From: Candidatus Cloacimonadales bacterium
GTDB lineage: Bacteria > Cloacimonadota > Cloacimonadia > Cloacimonadales > JAIOQZ01
Direction of reading: 5' to 3'
Length of the DNA stretch: 64,000 bases
Assembly: GCA_963665815.1 (NCBI GenBank)
Contig: OY762463.1
Location: forward strand, 2,720,001 to 2,784,000
Part shown: positions 49,932 to 60,306 of the stretch, piece by piece
Position numbering within the stretch: position 1 is the first letter of the stretch
How the letters are laid out: every line of letters begins with the position of its first letter
The notes under the pieces: generated by a model
What the model was told of the DNA's origin: nothing
Seen by the model: only the letters and a program-made list of their open reading frames with translations
Databases searched by the model: none
Translations under genes and position numbers: made by a program

Positions 49932-51214
49932 TGCGTAGAATAATATTTTTTATAATAACAGCAATGCTGGCTTCAACCCTCCTGGCTGAGTCTACTGGGA
50001 TACCAGAAAGTAAGTTAGAGCTTTTCAAGAACTATAAACTTGGAAGCTGGGGCTACCATTCTCTGGATGCGCACTTCAGATTTGACGGAACGATCAGAAA
50101 CTCGGAATACCAGAGTAATGAAACCGGATTATTCACTAATACGAACTATTATTACTATAAAGAATCAGATGAATTTATATTATACTATGACAATTACAAT
50201 AGTTATGGATTCAGCTACAATTATTTTGATCATTCCACCGATATTTTCAGTAATAGCCTCAGAACGGATAATATTGCAGATATTAAGTATTACTTAATGG
50301 GGAAATTATTCATTGAGGCTTCTACTGATATTGATCTGTTATATCTTAATGATATTACAGATACAAAGAGCTCAGAACGTATACTTGAAGAATCTTCTAC
50401 TTTTGAAAGTACATCTTTTTTGGGATTCGGTTTTGGTAAACTACATGATATTGCTCCAATGATTAGAGCTCTGAGAATGAATGAAAGACTTCAATATATT
50501 GGTGGAGAAAGATATCTGAGCAATGCTGAGATACAGAAAGTCTCAGAAGTAATTTCAAGAAACTACTCCAATGTATATGCTAGAACAGATTTACCATACT
50601 GGTCAGATTTATCTGCAGCTGCCGGAGGAAAACTTGATGATCTGAAAGTTCATGAATATGAATACATTAAAGAAGCTTTGTTTGAGAACATTCACCAAAG
50701 ATTTCAGGGATATGATGTTTCTTTGGGGATGAATGTTCTCAGAAGAGCCCAAAAAAGATATGATGAACAACCTGAACCTGAGACAATTAAGATCAATGAC
50801 TTTGATTTGTGTCCGATTTTAACTTTCAGATGGTATAATAACTTCTCCACATCACTAATGGCTGGATTTGAACAATATGTTCAATATGATTTCCAGAATG
50901 TAAATGATGATAACAATAACATTGAGACTGTGACTTCTCTATCTCAGCTGAACTTACTATATAATATCACAGACAGGATTTTATTCGTTAATCAAACCAG
51001 CTTTATGTATGAAAATGAGCTGCTTAATGACAAAGATGATAAAGAGGAAAGTTCACAAGTTGCAAACAATTCACGGTTTGAATATCAAGTGATCGAAAAG
51101 CTGACATTTAACCTGGATCTGATAATGTCCAACAATAATACGGAAAATGTTGATAGATTCAAAACAAGCTTATATGCTGGTTTCAGGGTGAATCTATTCA
51201 AGAATAGAAGATAA
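49931..51214 (+). CDS. Putative outer-membrane beta-barrel protein (paralog 2)
   Basis: Shares GIP..KL...KNY.L..W, IRALR.NER, GGKLD.L.V..YEY.KEA.FENI with paralog 1. Confidence 0.6.
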   Translation: MRRIIFFIITAMLASTLLAESTGIPESKLELFKNYKLGSWGYHSLDAHFRFDGTIRNSEYQSNETGLFTNTNYYYYKESDEFILYYDNYNSYGFSYNYFDHSTDIFSNSLRTDNIADIKYYLMGKLFIEASTDIDLLYLNDITDTKSSERILEESSTFESTSFLGFGFGKLHDIAPMIRALRMNERLQYIGGERYLSNAEIQKVSEVISRNYSNVYARTDLPYWSDLSAAAGGKLDDLKVHEYEYIKEALFENIHQRFQGYDVSLGMNVLRRAQKRYDEQPEPETIKINDFDLCPILTFRWYNNFSTSLMAGFEQYVQYDFQNVNDDNNNIETVTSLSQLNLLYNITDRILFVNQTSFMYENELLNDKDDKEESSQVANNSRFEYQVIEKLTFNLDLIMSNNNTENVDRFKTSLYAGFRVNLFKNRR

Positions 51215-51241
51215 AAAACACAATCAGATTAAATTAATCTT

Positions 51242-51264
51242 AGCGGACTCGTGTCCGCTTTTTT
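51242..51264 (+). terminator. Intrinsic terminator
   Basis: AGCGGAC-TCGT-GTCCGCT plus T run. Confidence 0.8.
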
Positions 51265-51691
51265 CTATTATAACCACTTTTTGAGGCAATATACAAATCT
51301 GAGACTCTGAATATTATATATCATATTAACAAATGATTTTGCCCGAACTTGAATAGATGCTGATGAAATCCGTAAATCCCTGAGTTCGATGTGTAATTTA
51401 TATTGAGATATATCAGAACAACATTGATTATATTGCAAAATTTATCCGGGTTAGCTTTAATCTAGACGGAAACCACCCTGCAAATGAATATTTGGTATAC
51501 TTGTATCCCCTTAACACTACAGATGGGTATTATATCCTGCAGAATTGCGCAAGACTTCTGCTGTTCACAACCTGTGTAGAATCAAAATTTATCATAAATT
51601 TTAGTAATTTATGTAGCAGATTCCTGCATAATGTTTCATTTTATACTAATATCAGGAGTTCAACTTCACATCCTCAATAAGTTACGAGTAA

Positions 51692-52558
51692 TCAGAAATT
51701 TACTTTTTTCAGAAAGTTAACAGCTATTTTTACTGCTTTATCAGGATCATTCTCAAATCCATGGTTTTCTCCCTCAAGAAGATTGAGTTCGCTGCCTTCA
51801 TATATTTTGTGATATTTTTCTGCATAGGCATACGGCACAACCCTGTCAGCTACACCTTGAATTATACAGGCTGGTCCCGTATATGCAGATGCTCTCTCAT
51901 AAATCATCAGATCGCGTCCTTCCAGAATGTAGTTTCTTCCGACTTTATGGTTAAACACTTCAATATACTCAGGTACATTTTCAGTGTCGAAAGGAATTCC
52001 TAATACTGTTCCACCACTCAGTTCATCTTTGAGAACAGCAGCCGGGGCAAACAGAACAATACTGTTGACAGCACTTTCAAGCTCTCCTGCCGCAAGTGAA
52101 GTAACAACACCACCCTGAGAATGTACCACAAGATTTATATTTGTTGTATAAGGCAAAGTTTGAACATATTTGATGATGCCTTTTGCATCTTCCAGCTCGG
52201 AAAGAACTGTCATGTCCTGAAAGTTTCCGTAACTTTCCCCATGACCGTTAAAATCGAATCTTACTGTTGCAAAACCCTTAGCAACAAGTTTATCTGCAAT
52301 ATTTGCAATAAGTGGGTATTCCTTGTTTGCCATAAATCCATGCATTATGATAGCCACAGGACATTTTTCTCCGTCTTTCAGGTTCGGTGTCTGTACAATT
52401 ACAGGTAACATTCCATCTGCTCCCTTAACTTCTACGGCTTTGGTTGTATAGCCGGTTGATTTATTTTCTGAGCCGTTTTTTCCTTCTGTTGAACATGCCG
52501 AAAGCATCATAAGAATACTGCAGACAACAAGAACATTTATTAGTTTGCTCATAAACAT
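51692..52558 (-). CDS. Alpha/beta hydrolase lipoprotein (feruloyl/cinnamoyl esterase-like)
   Basis: Lipobox LSAC; MHGF, RFDFNGHGES, VHSQGG, QG..D.VVP, NHGF. Confidence 0.85.
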   Translation of the reverse strand: MFMSKLINVLVVCSILMMLSACSTEGKNGSENKSTGYTTKAVEVKGADGMLPVIVQTPNLKDGEKCPVAIIMHGFMANKEYPLIANIADKLVAKGFATVRFDFNGHGESYGNFQDMTVLSELEDAKGIIKYVQTLPYTTNINLVVHSQGGVVTSLAAGELESAVNSIVLFAPAAVLKDELSGGTVLGIPFDTENVPEYIEVFNHKVGRNYILEGRDLMIYERASAYTGPACIIQGVADRVVPYAYAEKYHKIYEGSELNLLEGENHGFENDPDKAVKIAVNFLKKVNF

Positions 52559-52707
52559 TCGATTACTCCTCTAAACTGATATGCAGTAATATAATACACG
52601 AAAAATAAGATGAACAAAGGGAAAAAATATTTCTCGACTCAGATATCGAAACTTTCTCAGTCCATTTCTATGTCAATTTTTATCCGAAGTATATGCTTTT
52701 ACAGCAT

Positions 52708-52739
52708 AAAAAAGACCATCCCTTGTCAGAATGGTCTTT
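52708..52739 (-). terminator. Terminator-like hairpin with no adjacent upstream gene
   Basis: AAAGACCAT...ATGGTCTTT with A run on the left. Confidence 0.55.
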
Positions 52740-52778
52740 CAAAAAAATAATGATCTATTTTAACAGAATCATTTTCCT

Positions 52779-53729
52779 TTGACTGTAGAAAAGCAACCTA
52801 AAGAGTATTTGCGGGAATTGGATGAGGCTATAGCAGAAGATAGAGAAACCCATGGCAGGAAACCATTGCCACCCAAGGATAAAGACGATGATAAAGATAA
52901 TACTAAGGAAATAAAATCCAGCACAACTGATCCTGACAGTGGCTATTTAACACGTGAAGGTAAACCTCAGGGATTTTATTATCTTGATCATCGAACAGTG
53001 GACGAGAAATGTAATTTTGTAACTGATATATTTGTTTCCGCAGCTAATCAGAACGATAGTGTTCCTTATTTATCTCGCCTGAAACATCAAATTGAATTGT
53101 TTGGATTTGAAGTATTAGCAGTTGGTCTTGATGCTGGTTATTATACTCATTATATATGTAAAAGATTAATAGAACAAGGGATAGCAGGAGTTATCGGATA
53201 CCGTAGACCATCAGGTAAGAAAGGTCTAATGAAAAAGAGAAAATTCAAATACAACACCGAAAATGACGTTCATATCTGTCCCAATAATGAGGAGTTACGT
53301 TATAGAACAACAAATAGATCTGGGTTCAGGGAATATGCATCTAATCCTAAAAAATGTATAAATTGTCCATTTCTTGATAAATGTACTAATAGTAAGAATA
53401 ATTTGAAAATAGTATCTCGTCATGTGTGGGAAGACTATAGAGAGACTATTGAATACTATAGATTAATGTTCTACGGGAAAGAGATTTATAAGAGAAGAAA
53501 GAAAACCATTGAAAGGAGTTTTGCAAATGCAAAACAGCTTCATGGTTACCGATATGCAAAATATAGAGGATTAGAACGAGTAAAAGAACAATCTTACATG
53601 ACTGCAATTGTGCAAAATATCAAGAAAATGGTTAAGTTTAAAGATAAATCTTCATTATTTACATATTTTTATGAAATCTATCTAAAAATAGTTAATTACT
53701 CACAATTTAAGTTAATCATTATGAGATAA
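52779..53729 (+). pseudogene. IS1182-family transposase, 5'-truncated
   Basis: STTDPDSG, YLDHRTVD, LDAGY, ICPN, YKRRKKTIERSFANAKQLHGYRYAKYRG; lacks the N-terminal part and an RBS. Confidence 0.85.
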
Positions 53730-53815
53730 GGTTATTTATGTAAATGCCTTTGAGATCACATGAAAGAAAAAAAAACGAACCTAATAATTATAATATCAAG
53801 TTCGTCAACAGTCTG
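52781..53815 (+). mobile_element. IS1182-family element remnant
   Basis: Transposase fragment; probable right end ...TTCGTCAACAGTCTG at 53815. Confidence 0.7.
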
Positions 53816-54056
53816 AAATCGACTATGTCGATTTTGCATTGACACAGTCTATACACTCCAAAGATAGCTATTAGAGTCAGTAAACTCCACCATTGCGAAT
53901 GACTTTGGTCCATTGTATATTGACATCAATTACTTCAAGTAAATAATAAAACAAAGAAAATGGAAGGGATAAAGCTTGAACGACCATAAGGTTACGAGCC
54001 TGGTGCGAATGTTAAGCCCCCTTCCACTTAAGTCTGAATAGTACATTCGCAATGGT
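53816..54056 (-). repeat. Structured intergenic repeat, copy C (reverse orientation)
   Basis: Reverse complement of 53816-53896 is collinear with 19421-19501; perfect 13-bp IR 53889-53901/54044-54056. Confidence 0.85.
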
Positions 54057-54137
54057 ACTACGCCAACAACGTGCAGCGTTGTATAATTCTCCTTTGTGGA
54101 GGAGTACTTTTCGTAAGAAACGGGAGGTGGTATACAT

Positions 54138-54167
54138 AAAAAAACTGCCCAGAGTTAACCAGGCAGT
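54138..54167 (-). terminator. Intrinsic terminator of the oxidoreductase operon
   Basis: ACTGCCTGG...CTGGGCAGT plus T run on the - strand. Confidence 0.75.
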
Positions 54168-54196
54168 CTCTATTTGTGAGTTCCTTCAAGAAAATC

Positions 54197-54225
54197 TATT
54201 TAAATGCTTCCATTCGTGAGAATGA
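54197..54225 (-). repeat. Displaced duplicate of the last codons of the FAD oxidoreductase gene
   Basis: 27/29 identical to 54346-54374. Confidence 0.85.
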
Positions 54226-54344
54226 ATATTCTCATTTAAAAGAAGCAATCTTTTATCATATTTTTTACCAAAATATGTAGTTGACTCGATTTGATTTCAT
54301 CAAATCTCATCGATACTTCAGCCAGGTACAAAACTCTAAATATC

Positions 54345-55499
54345 TTATTTAAATGCTTCCATTCCTGAAAATGATCGATAGAAATCGAAGCTCTTCAGAA
54401 TTCTATCATCATCATCATTTTTATTGTTGTTCACGAGTCTGGCGATCAGTTCACCCATACCGGGTCCTAACATGAATCCTTGTCCGCACATACCGTTTGC
54501 GTTAACATAGTTCGGTATTTCTTTTGTAATTCCAACTATCGGGAATCCGTCCGGAGTCATAGGGTATTGTCCTCTCCAGGTTCTTCTTACTTTGAGGTTG
54601 GCAAGTCTTGGATACAGGTCTACCATTCTTTTTGCTACTTTAGGCAGGAACCATGAGCAGGCATCGCTGTCTGTACCGATAAAAGGAGGATTAGGAGTTA
54701 TGCAGAACACAACCTGCCCTTCATTACTCTGATAGAAATAGTAGTTTGCAGAATCGTCTGTTGATCTCATATCTACAATCATTGGTTTGAAGAATCTTTT
54801 TACAGGTTCTGTAATAGCTGCTTCATGAGAATCCGGTGTTATAGGCAGGTTTATTTTAACTTTGGCAGCAACAGCTTTAGCATTGTTACCGGCAGCATTT
54901 ACAACCCAGTCTGTTTTGTAAGTTCCTTTATCTGTAATTATTTCTGTAATTTTGCCGTCAGTCATTTTCATGTCTTTAACAGCTTCTTTAAACTTGTATT
55001 CCGCACCATACTCAATTGATTTGAAATACATGGCATTAAGAGCCAGCATTGGGGAAGCAGACCCATCTCCCGGTGAATATGTAGCACCACGCAGACCGTC
55101 AGTATTGATTCCCGGAACCAGTTCGAGATATTCATCAGGTGTTACCCAGTCGATATCCAAACCATATTCCTGTTGAATTTTAAGCAGATCCTTCAGTTTT
55201 TTCTCAAGCTCTTCAGTATAAACGGGAAAGCTGTATCCATTTTGGTACCAGCCGATATCATCGCCGTGTTTTTCTTCCCAGGTTGAGAATATTTCCAGAC
55301 TTCTCTTACAAATCTGAATTTTACCGTAATCGGAGTGAGTAGCTCTGATACCGCCGATAGCTTTCTTATTGTTACCTTGTCCCGGAGAAGCTTTTTCGTC
55401 TATCACAAGTACTTTTTTACCGGATTCAGCGATTGCCATTGCAGTTGGTACACCAATTGAGCCTGCTCCGACAATAATTACATCATATTTTGTACTCAT
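54345..55499 (-). CDS. FAD-dependent oxidoreductase, DAO family (proline dehydrogenase / sarcosine oxidase beta-like)
   Basis: GAGSIG, VVNAAG, RTWRG.YPMTPDGFP, GMCGQGFMLGP. Confidence 0.9.
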   Translation of the reverse strand: MSTKYDVIIVGAGSIGVPTAMAIAESGKKVLVIDEKASPGQGNNKKAIGGIRATHSDYGKIQICKRSLEIFSTWEEKHGDDIGWYQNGYSFPVYTEELEKKLKDLLKIQQEYGLDIDWVTPDEYLELVPGINTDGLRGATYSPGDGSASPMLALNAMYFKSIEYGAEYKFKEAVKDMKMTDGKITEIITDKGTYKTDWVVNAAGNNAKAVAAKVKINLPITPDSHEAAITEPVKRFFKPMIVDMRSTDDSANYYFYQSNEGQVVFCITPNPPFIGTDSDACSWFLPKVAKRMVDLYPRLANLKVRRTWRGQYPMTPDGFPIVGITKEIPNYVNANGMCGQGFMLGPGMGELIARLVNNNKNDDDDRILKSFDFYRSFSGMEAFK

Positions 55500-57592
55500 T
55501 ATTCTTCTCCTTTACCTTTTGCGAAAACACCAAGAGGAACTTCCACAAAAACAGGTCTGATAGTATTAGGTGTAATATCATCCATTGTTACACCTTCTTC
55601 ACGGAAAATTCTTTTCACGAGCATATCACAGGTTTTGCTGCCGCAAGGACCCATTCCGGCTCTGGTAATAGCCTTAATCTGGTTAAGGTCATGAATACCT
55701 TCGCGAACAAGCTTTCTGACTTCACCGGCTGTTACTCTTTCACAGAGACATACCATTGCATCATCGGCAGTGTATTCAGGTAAAACAGCTTCTGCGAGCG
55801 GTGCGGAAACCTCAGGTGCCTGAATTTTGAAAGATACTACTCTCTTGGCAATATCAGCTTTGTTTTCTATAGAATCTGTAGCGATCATCTTCACAAGCTG
55901 AGTCTTATTCTGCTTATAATCAACAATCTGAACTACTTTGTATTTTCCAATATCGTCACCGTCAATGTTCACTGCATCAACAAGATCATCAACTTTAACG
56001 CTGTGATTCATTACTTCATAAGGTACGGTCACAATTGGGTTTTCACTGTCTTTGCGGTAATCAACGAGAGTGATTGCCAGTCCCGGACAGATTGCTACAC
56101 ATTTTCCACAGCCAATACAGCTTCCTTCGTATTTTGGGATACCCATCATGGTTTCGCCATCAATGTTAATGGAGTTTGTAGGGCATACGGAGCTGCATGG
56201 ATTACATGGTATTTCCTGAATACAATGGATTACAGGGATCACTCCTTCTTTATCTTTCGGGAATTCCTGTTCTACAACTTTCCCCGGGTGAGATTTGAGA
56301 ATTTCAGCTTTATCGTGCCAGCTTTGAGGAATTTCTTCAACGTCTGCTGCCAGATCGCGCGCTATACCCAGTCCGGTAATTTTTCCGTTGAACATAGCTG
56401 AGGAAGCTTCTGCAATTTCAGATGCGTCACCTGCGGAATAAACTTTGATTCCTGCAACTTCTGCCTGTTTTGAAAGCTCATCTACTGAACTGAGTCCAAC
56501 AGCTATAAGGATTGTATCGCACTTGAATGTCTTTTCTGTTCCGGCAATAACCCTGAAGTTTTCGTCAACCTGAGCGATAGTGACAGAATCAACGCTTTCT
56601 TCACCGTTTGCAGAAACAATTGTATGAGATGTATAGATCGGAACACCGAGTCTTTTGAGTTTATCAGCATGGACTTTATAACCACCGCACATTGGGAGTG
56701 CTTCAACGAGCCCCACAACTTCGATATCTGCCTGAAGAGCGTGATAACCGGCGATAAGTCCGACATTACCACCACCGACAATGAACAGTCTGTCGGTAGG
56801 TCTTACCAGATCCCTGTTTACGAGAGTCTGGAATGCACCTGCACCGTAAATACCTGAAAGAGTGTTACCGGCGAATTGCAGGAACTTTTCACGGGCACCG
56901 GCAGTATTAAGAATCACTTTTGGTTTAACGAGTTGATAAACACCGTCTTTAAGGATTCCTACTTTTTTATCTTTGAAAATATAGAGAACAGTACTTTCCA
57001 GCCAGACATCAACGTTGTCATAGCTTGTAATGTTTTCTGCGAGAAGTTTACCAATGTCGTTTCCTCTGGTACCGGCGAAGGAATCTTCAACAGAACCGAA
57101 GAATTTATGTGTCTGGAGAACGAGTTTTCCGCCGAGTACATCTTTATCATCGATTATGATTGTACTGATACCTCTTTTGGCAATTTCGAGACCGGCAGAA
57201 AGTCCGGCAGGTCCACCACCGATAATAAGCACGTCTGTTTCGCAGACATCAACATCGGCAATAACTGCTTTTTCATTAACTTCCGGAAGTTCAGGGAGAC
57301 CGTTAACGCTTTCCACAACCATATTTTCGGCTACTTTAGTCATACATGATTTTACGGGAATACCATTAGCGATAACCGTACATTTAGCACATTGACCGTT
57401 TGCACAGAATATACCCTGAGCAGATTCATCTTTGTGGTGATGTCCGAAAATTCTGATATTATTGGCAATAAGAGCAGATGATATTACCTCTCCTCTTTTA
57501 GCCTTATACGGAGTACCATCCCAGTAAAAAGTTATTTCCTCTCGTTGTTCAACGGGCAGGACGGGATGTTCTACAATTCTGTTGTCATTCAT
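55499..57592 (-). CDS. Fused 2Fe-2S / pyridine-nucleotide-disulfide oxidoreductase / 4Fe-4S / BFD-like 2Fe-2S subunit (alpha-like)
   Basis: CANGQCAKC..SC; GGGPAG; GGGNVG; CNPCSSVCP, CIGCGKCVAICP; CLCERV...GMGPCGSKTC; start moved to 57592 behind AGGAG. Confidence 0.9.
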   Translation of the reverse strand: MNDNRIVEHPVLPVEQREEITFYWDGTPYKAKRGEVISSALIANNIRIFGHHHKDESAQGIFCANGQCAKCTVIANGIPVKSCMTKVAENMVVESVNGLPELPEVNEKAVIADVDVCETDVLIIGGGPAGLSAGLEIAKRGISTIIIDDKDVLGGKLVLQTHKFFGSVEDSFAGTRGNDIGKLLAENITSYDNVDVWLESTVLYIFKDKKVGILKDGVYQLVKPKVILNTAGAREKFLQFAGNTLSGIYGAGAFQTLVNRDLVRPTDRLFIVGGGNVGLIAGYHALQADIEVVGLVEALPMCGGYKVHADKLKRLGVPIYTSHTIVSANGEESVDSVTIAQVDENFRVIAGTEKTFKCDTILIAVGLSSVDELSKQAEVAGIKVYSAGDASEIAEASSAMFNGKITGLGIARDLAADVEEIPQSWHDKAEILKSHPGKVVEQEFPKDKEGVIPVIHCIQEIPCNPCSSVCPTNSINIDGETMMGIPKYEGSCIGCGKCVAICPGLAITLVDYRKDSENPIVTVPYEVMNHSVKVDDLVDAVNIDGDDIGKYKVVQIVDYKQNKTQLVKMIATDSIENKADIAKRVVSFKIQAPEVSAPLAEAVLPEYTADDAMVCLCERVTAGEVRKLVREGIHDLNQIKAITRAGMGPCGSKTCDMLVKRIFREEGVTMDDITPNTIRPVFVEVPLGVFAKGKGEE

Positions 57593-57962
57593 CAGTAACT
57601 CCTGATCTATATTTTTTTCTTTAATTTTCAGGTTTTTAACTGTTATTATAACAGTACGATACAGTCGTCCATCTAATTTGTCTGTTCTTAGATGTGTCAA
57701 GAAAAACTCGGATAAGATTGACGTAATATAAGTAAAGCAGAGTTTTTGGCTCAATAATAGCCTTGTATCTGTTGTATTGCAGGTACATTCTATATTCAAA
57801 AAGCTCATCCAAGATTAATAATTATCTTGACGCTTAAGGTTAAATGTAGTAAATTTTAAAAGCTATATGTATAAATACTTAACAGATACATATAAGGCTA
57901 ATATCACTGATGAACTTTGAAATTCACCAGGAAAATAAATTAAACAGTATTCTGGAGGTATA

Positions 57963-58937
57963 ATGTTTTTTTACGGCAATAAAATGAAAGATGTTTTTCT
58001 TAAAGCGAAGAAAAACCGTTTTGGAATCATTGCTTCAAACGTTGTGTTTGACAGTGTAATTCGTGGAATTGTTCAAGGTTATAACGCTCAGAAATCTGAC
58101 GGTTTGCTTCAGATGAGTGCCGGTGCATGTAAATTTGCAGCCGGAGAAACTGCCGACATGAAAGTCGGAGCTCAACTGATTTCACAAATGATAAAGATTA
58201 TAGCTTCTCAACATAAAAATTCAGGTGTTGGTCTTCATATTGACCATGCTACACCAAATTACTTCGATTTTGTAGTTTACTGCATCGAAAACAAACTTGT
58301 TTCATCAGTAATGATTGATGCTTCTAAAGAAGAATTTGCAGAAAACATCAGAATATCAAAAGAAGTTGTAGATGTTGCTCATAAGCATGGTGTTCTCGTT
58401 GAAGGAGAAATCGGTTACATTAAAGGTACAGAAGACGAAATCGTTTCTGATACCGAACTATACACTCAACCTGAGGAAGCTCTTGAGTATGTTCAGAAAA
58501 CCGGTGTTGACCTCTTTGCTGCATCAGTTGGTACAAACCATGGTGTCACTAAAGGAAGCCATGTAACGTTGAAACTTGATCTGATTAAAGAAATTGATGA
58601 TCTGCTGATTAAAAACAATGTTGAAACCGGTATCGTACTCCACGGAGCATCCGGACTTACAGCAGAACAACAAACAAACGCTATAAAAAACGGTGTTGTT
58701 AAAATCAATAAAGACACCAGATATCAAATAGATATTGCAGCTGCAGTTCAGGAATACTGGGCTGATAATGCTGATGCAATAGTCTGTCCTGCAGGAATGG
58801 ACCCTGAACAATACTTCCCTGACAAGAAAAGATTCGATCCTAGAAAATGGATGGTTAAAGGGGAAAACAGGATTCAGAAGGCCGTAGAAGAACTTGTTAA
58901 TATTTCAGGTTCCGCAGGAAATTCAATCTTAATTTAA
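57963..58937 (+). CDS. fba: Class II fructose-bisphosphate aldolase
   Basis: HIDH, SSVMIDAS, VEGEIG, GTNHG, VLHGASG, KINKDT, DPRK. Confidence 0.92.
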   Translation: MFFYGNKMKDVFLKAKKNRFGIIASNVVFDSVIRGIVQGYNAQKSDGLLQMSAGACKFAAGETADMKVGAQLISQMIKIIASQHKNSGVGLHIDHATPNYFDFVVYCIENKLVSSVMIDASKEEFAENIRISKEVVDVAHKHGVLVEGEIGYIKGTEDEIVSDTELYTQPEEALEYVQKTGVDLFAASVGTNHGVTKGSHVTLKLDLIKEIDDLLIKNNVETGIVLHGASGLTAEQQTNAIKNGVVKINKDTRYQIDIAAAVQEYWADNADAIVCPAGMDPEQYFPDKKRFDPRKWMVKGENRIQKAVEELVNISGSAGNSILI

Positions 58938-58968
58938 CAGTTACTTTATTTCATTCATATACGAATAA

Positions 58969-60027
<1,059 letters not shown>

Positions 60028-60052
60028 TCGAACAAGTTACATATATTTTTGC

Positions 60053-60082
60053 ACCGTTCCGGATTCTGGGACGGTTTTTTTT
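60053..60082 (+). terminator. Intrinsic terminator of fba-gap
   Basis: ACCGTTCC...GGGACGGT plus T run. Confidence 0.8.
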
Positions 60083-60213
60083 ATTTTGCCTCTAATGCTT
60101 TAGATGTTCTTCCTGCTTCACATTTCAAGCCAGCAAATATATTTTCCTTTATTATCTTTGTGAGTAATATTTTGATGGGGACAGACTTCTATTTTTATAA
60201 AGAGTACAAAATG

Positions 60214-60243
60214 AAAAAGGGCAGGAAAATCCTGCCCTTTTTT
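60214..60243 (-). terminator. Bidirectional terminator downstream of the pilin cluster
   Basis: AAAAAGGGCAGGA-AAA-TCCTGCCCTTTTT. Confidence 0.85.
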
Positions 60244-60306
60244 GCATACGGAACCAGAGTCTAAATTTCTCCCCCCATTTAAACAAGCGGTTCCGTATTA
60301 CAAAGA

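Noticed and set aside
51385-51680. Open frame of about 97 codons without a good start (includes ORF 51492-51680)
   Set aside because: No RBS or ATG and no recognisable motif; may be a gene remnant but cannot be supported without a search
57593-57808. Long N-terminal extensions given by the ORF track (also 1368-1532, 4412-4510, 58984-59040)
   Set aside because: Downstream ATGs with clear Shine-Dalgarno sequences match family starts; the extensions overlap promoter DNA
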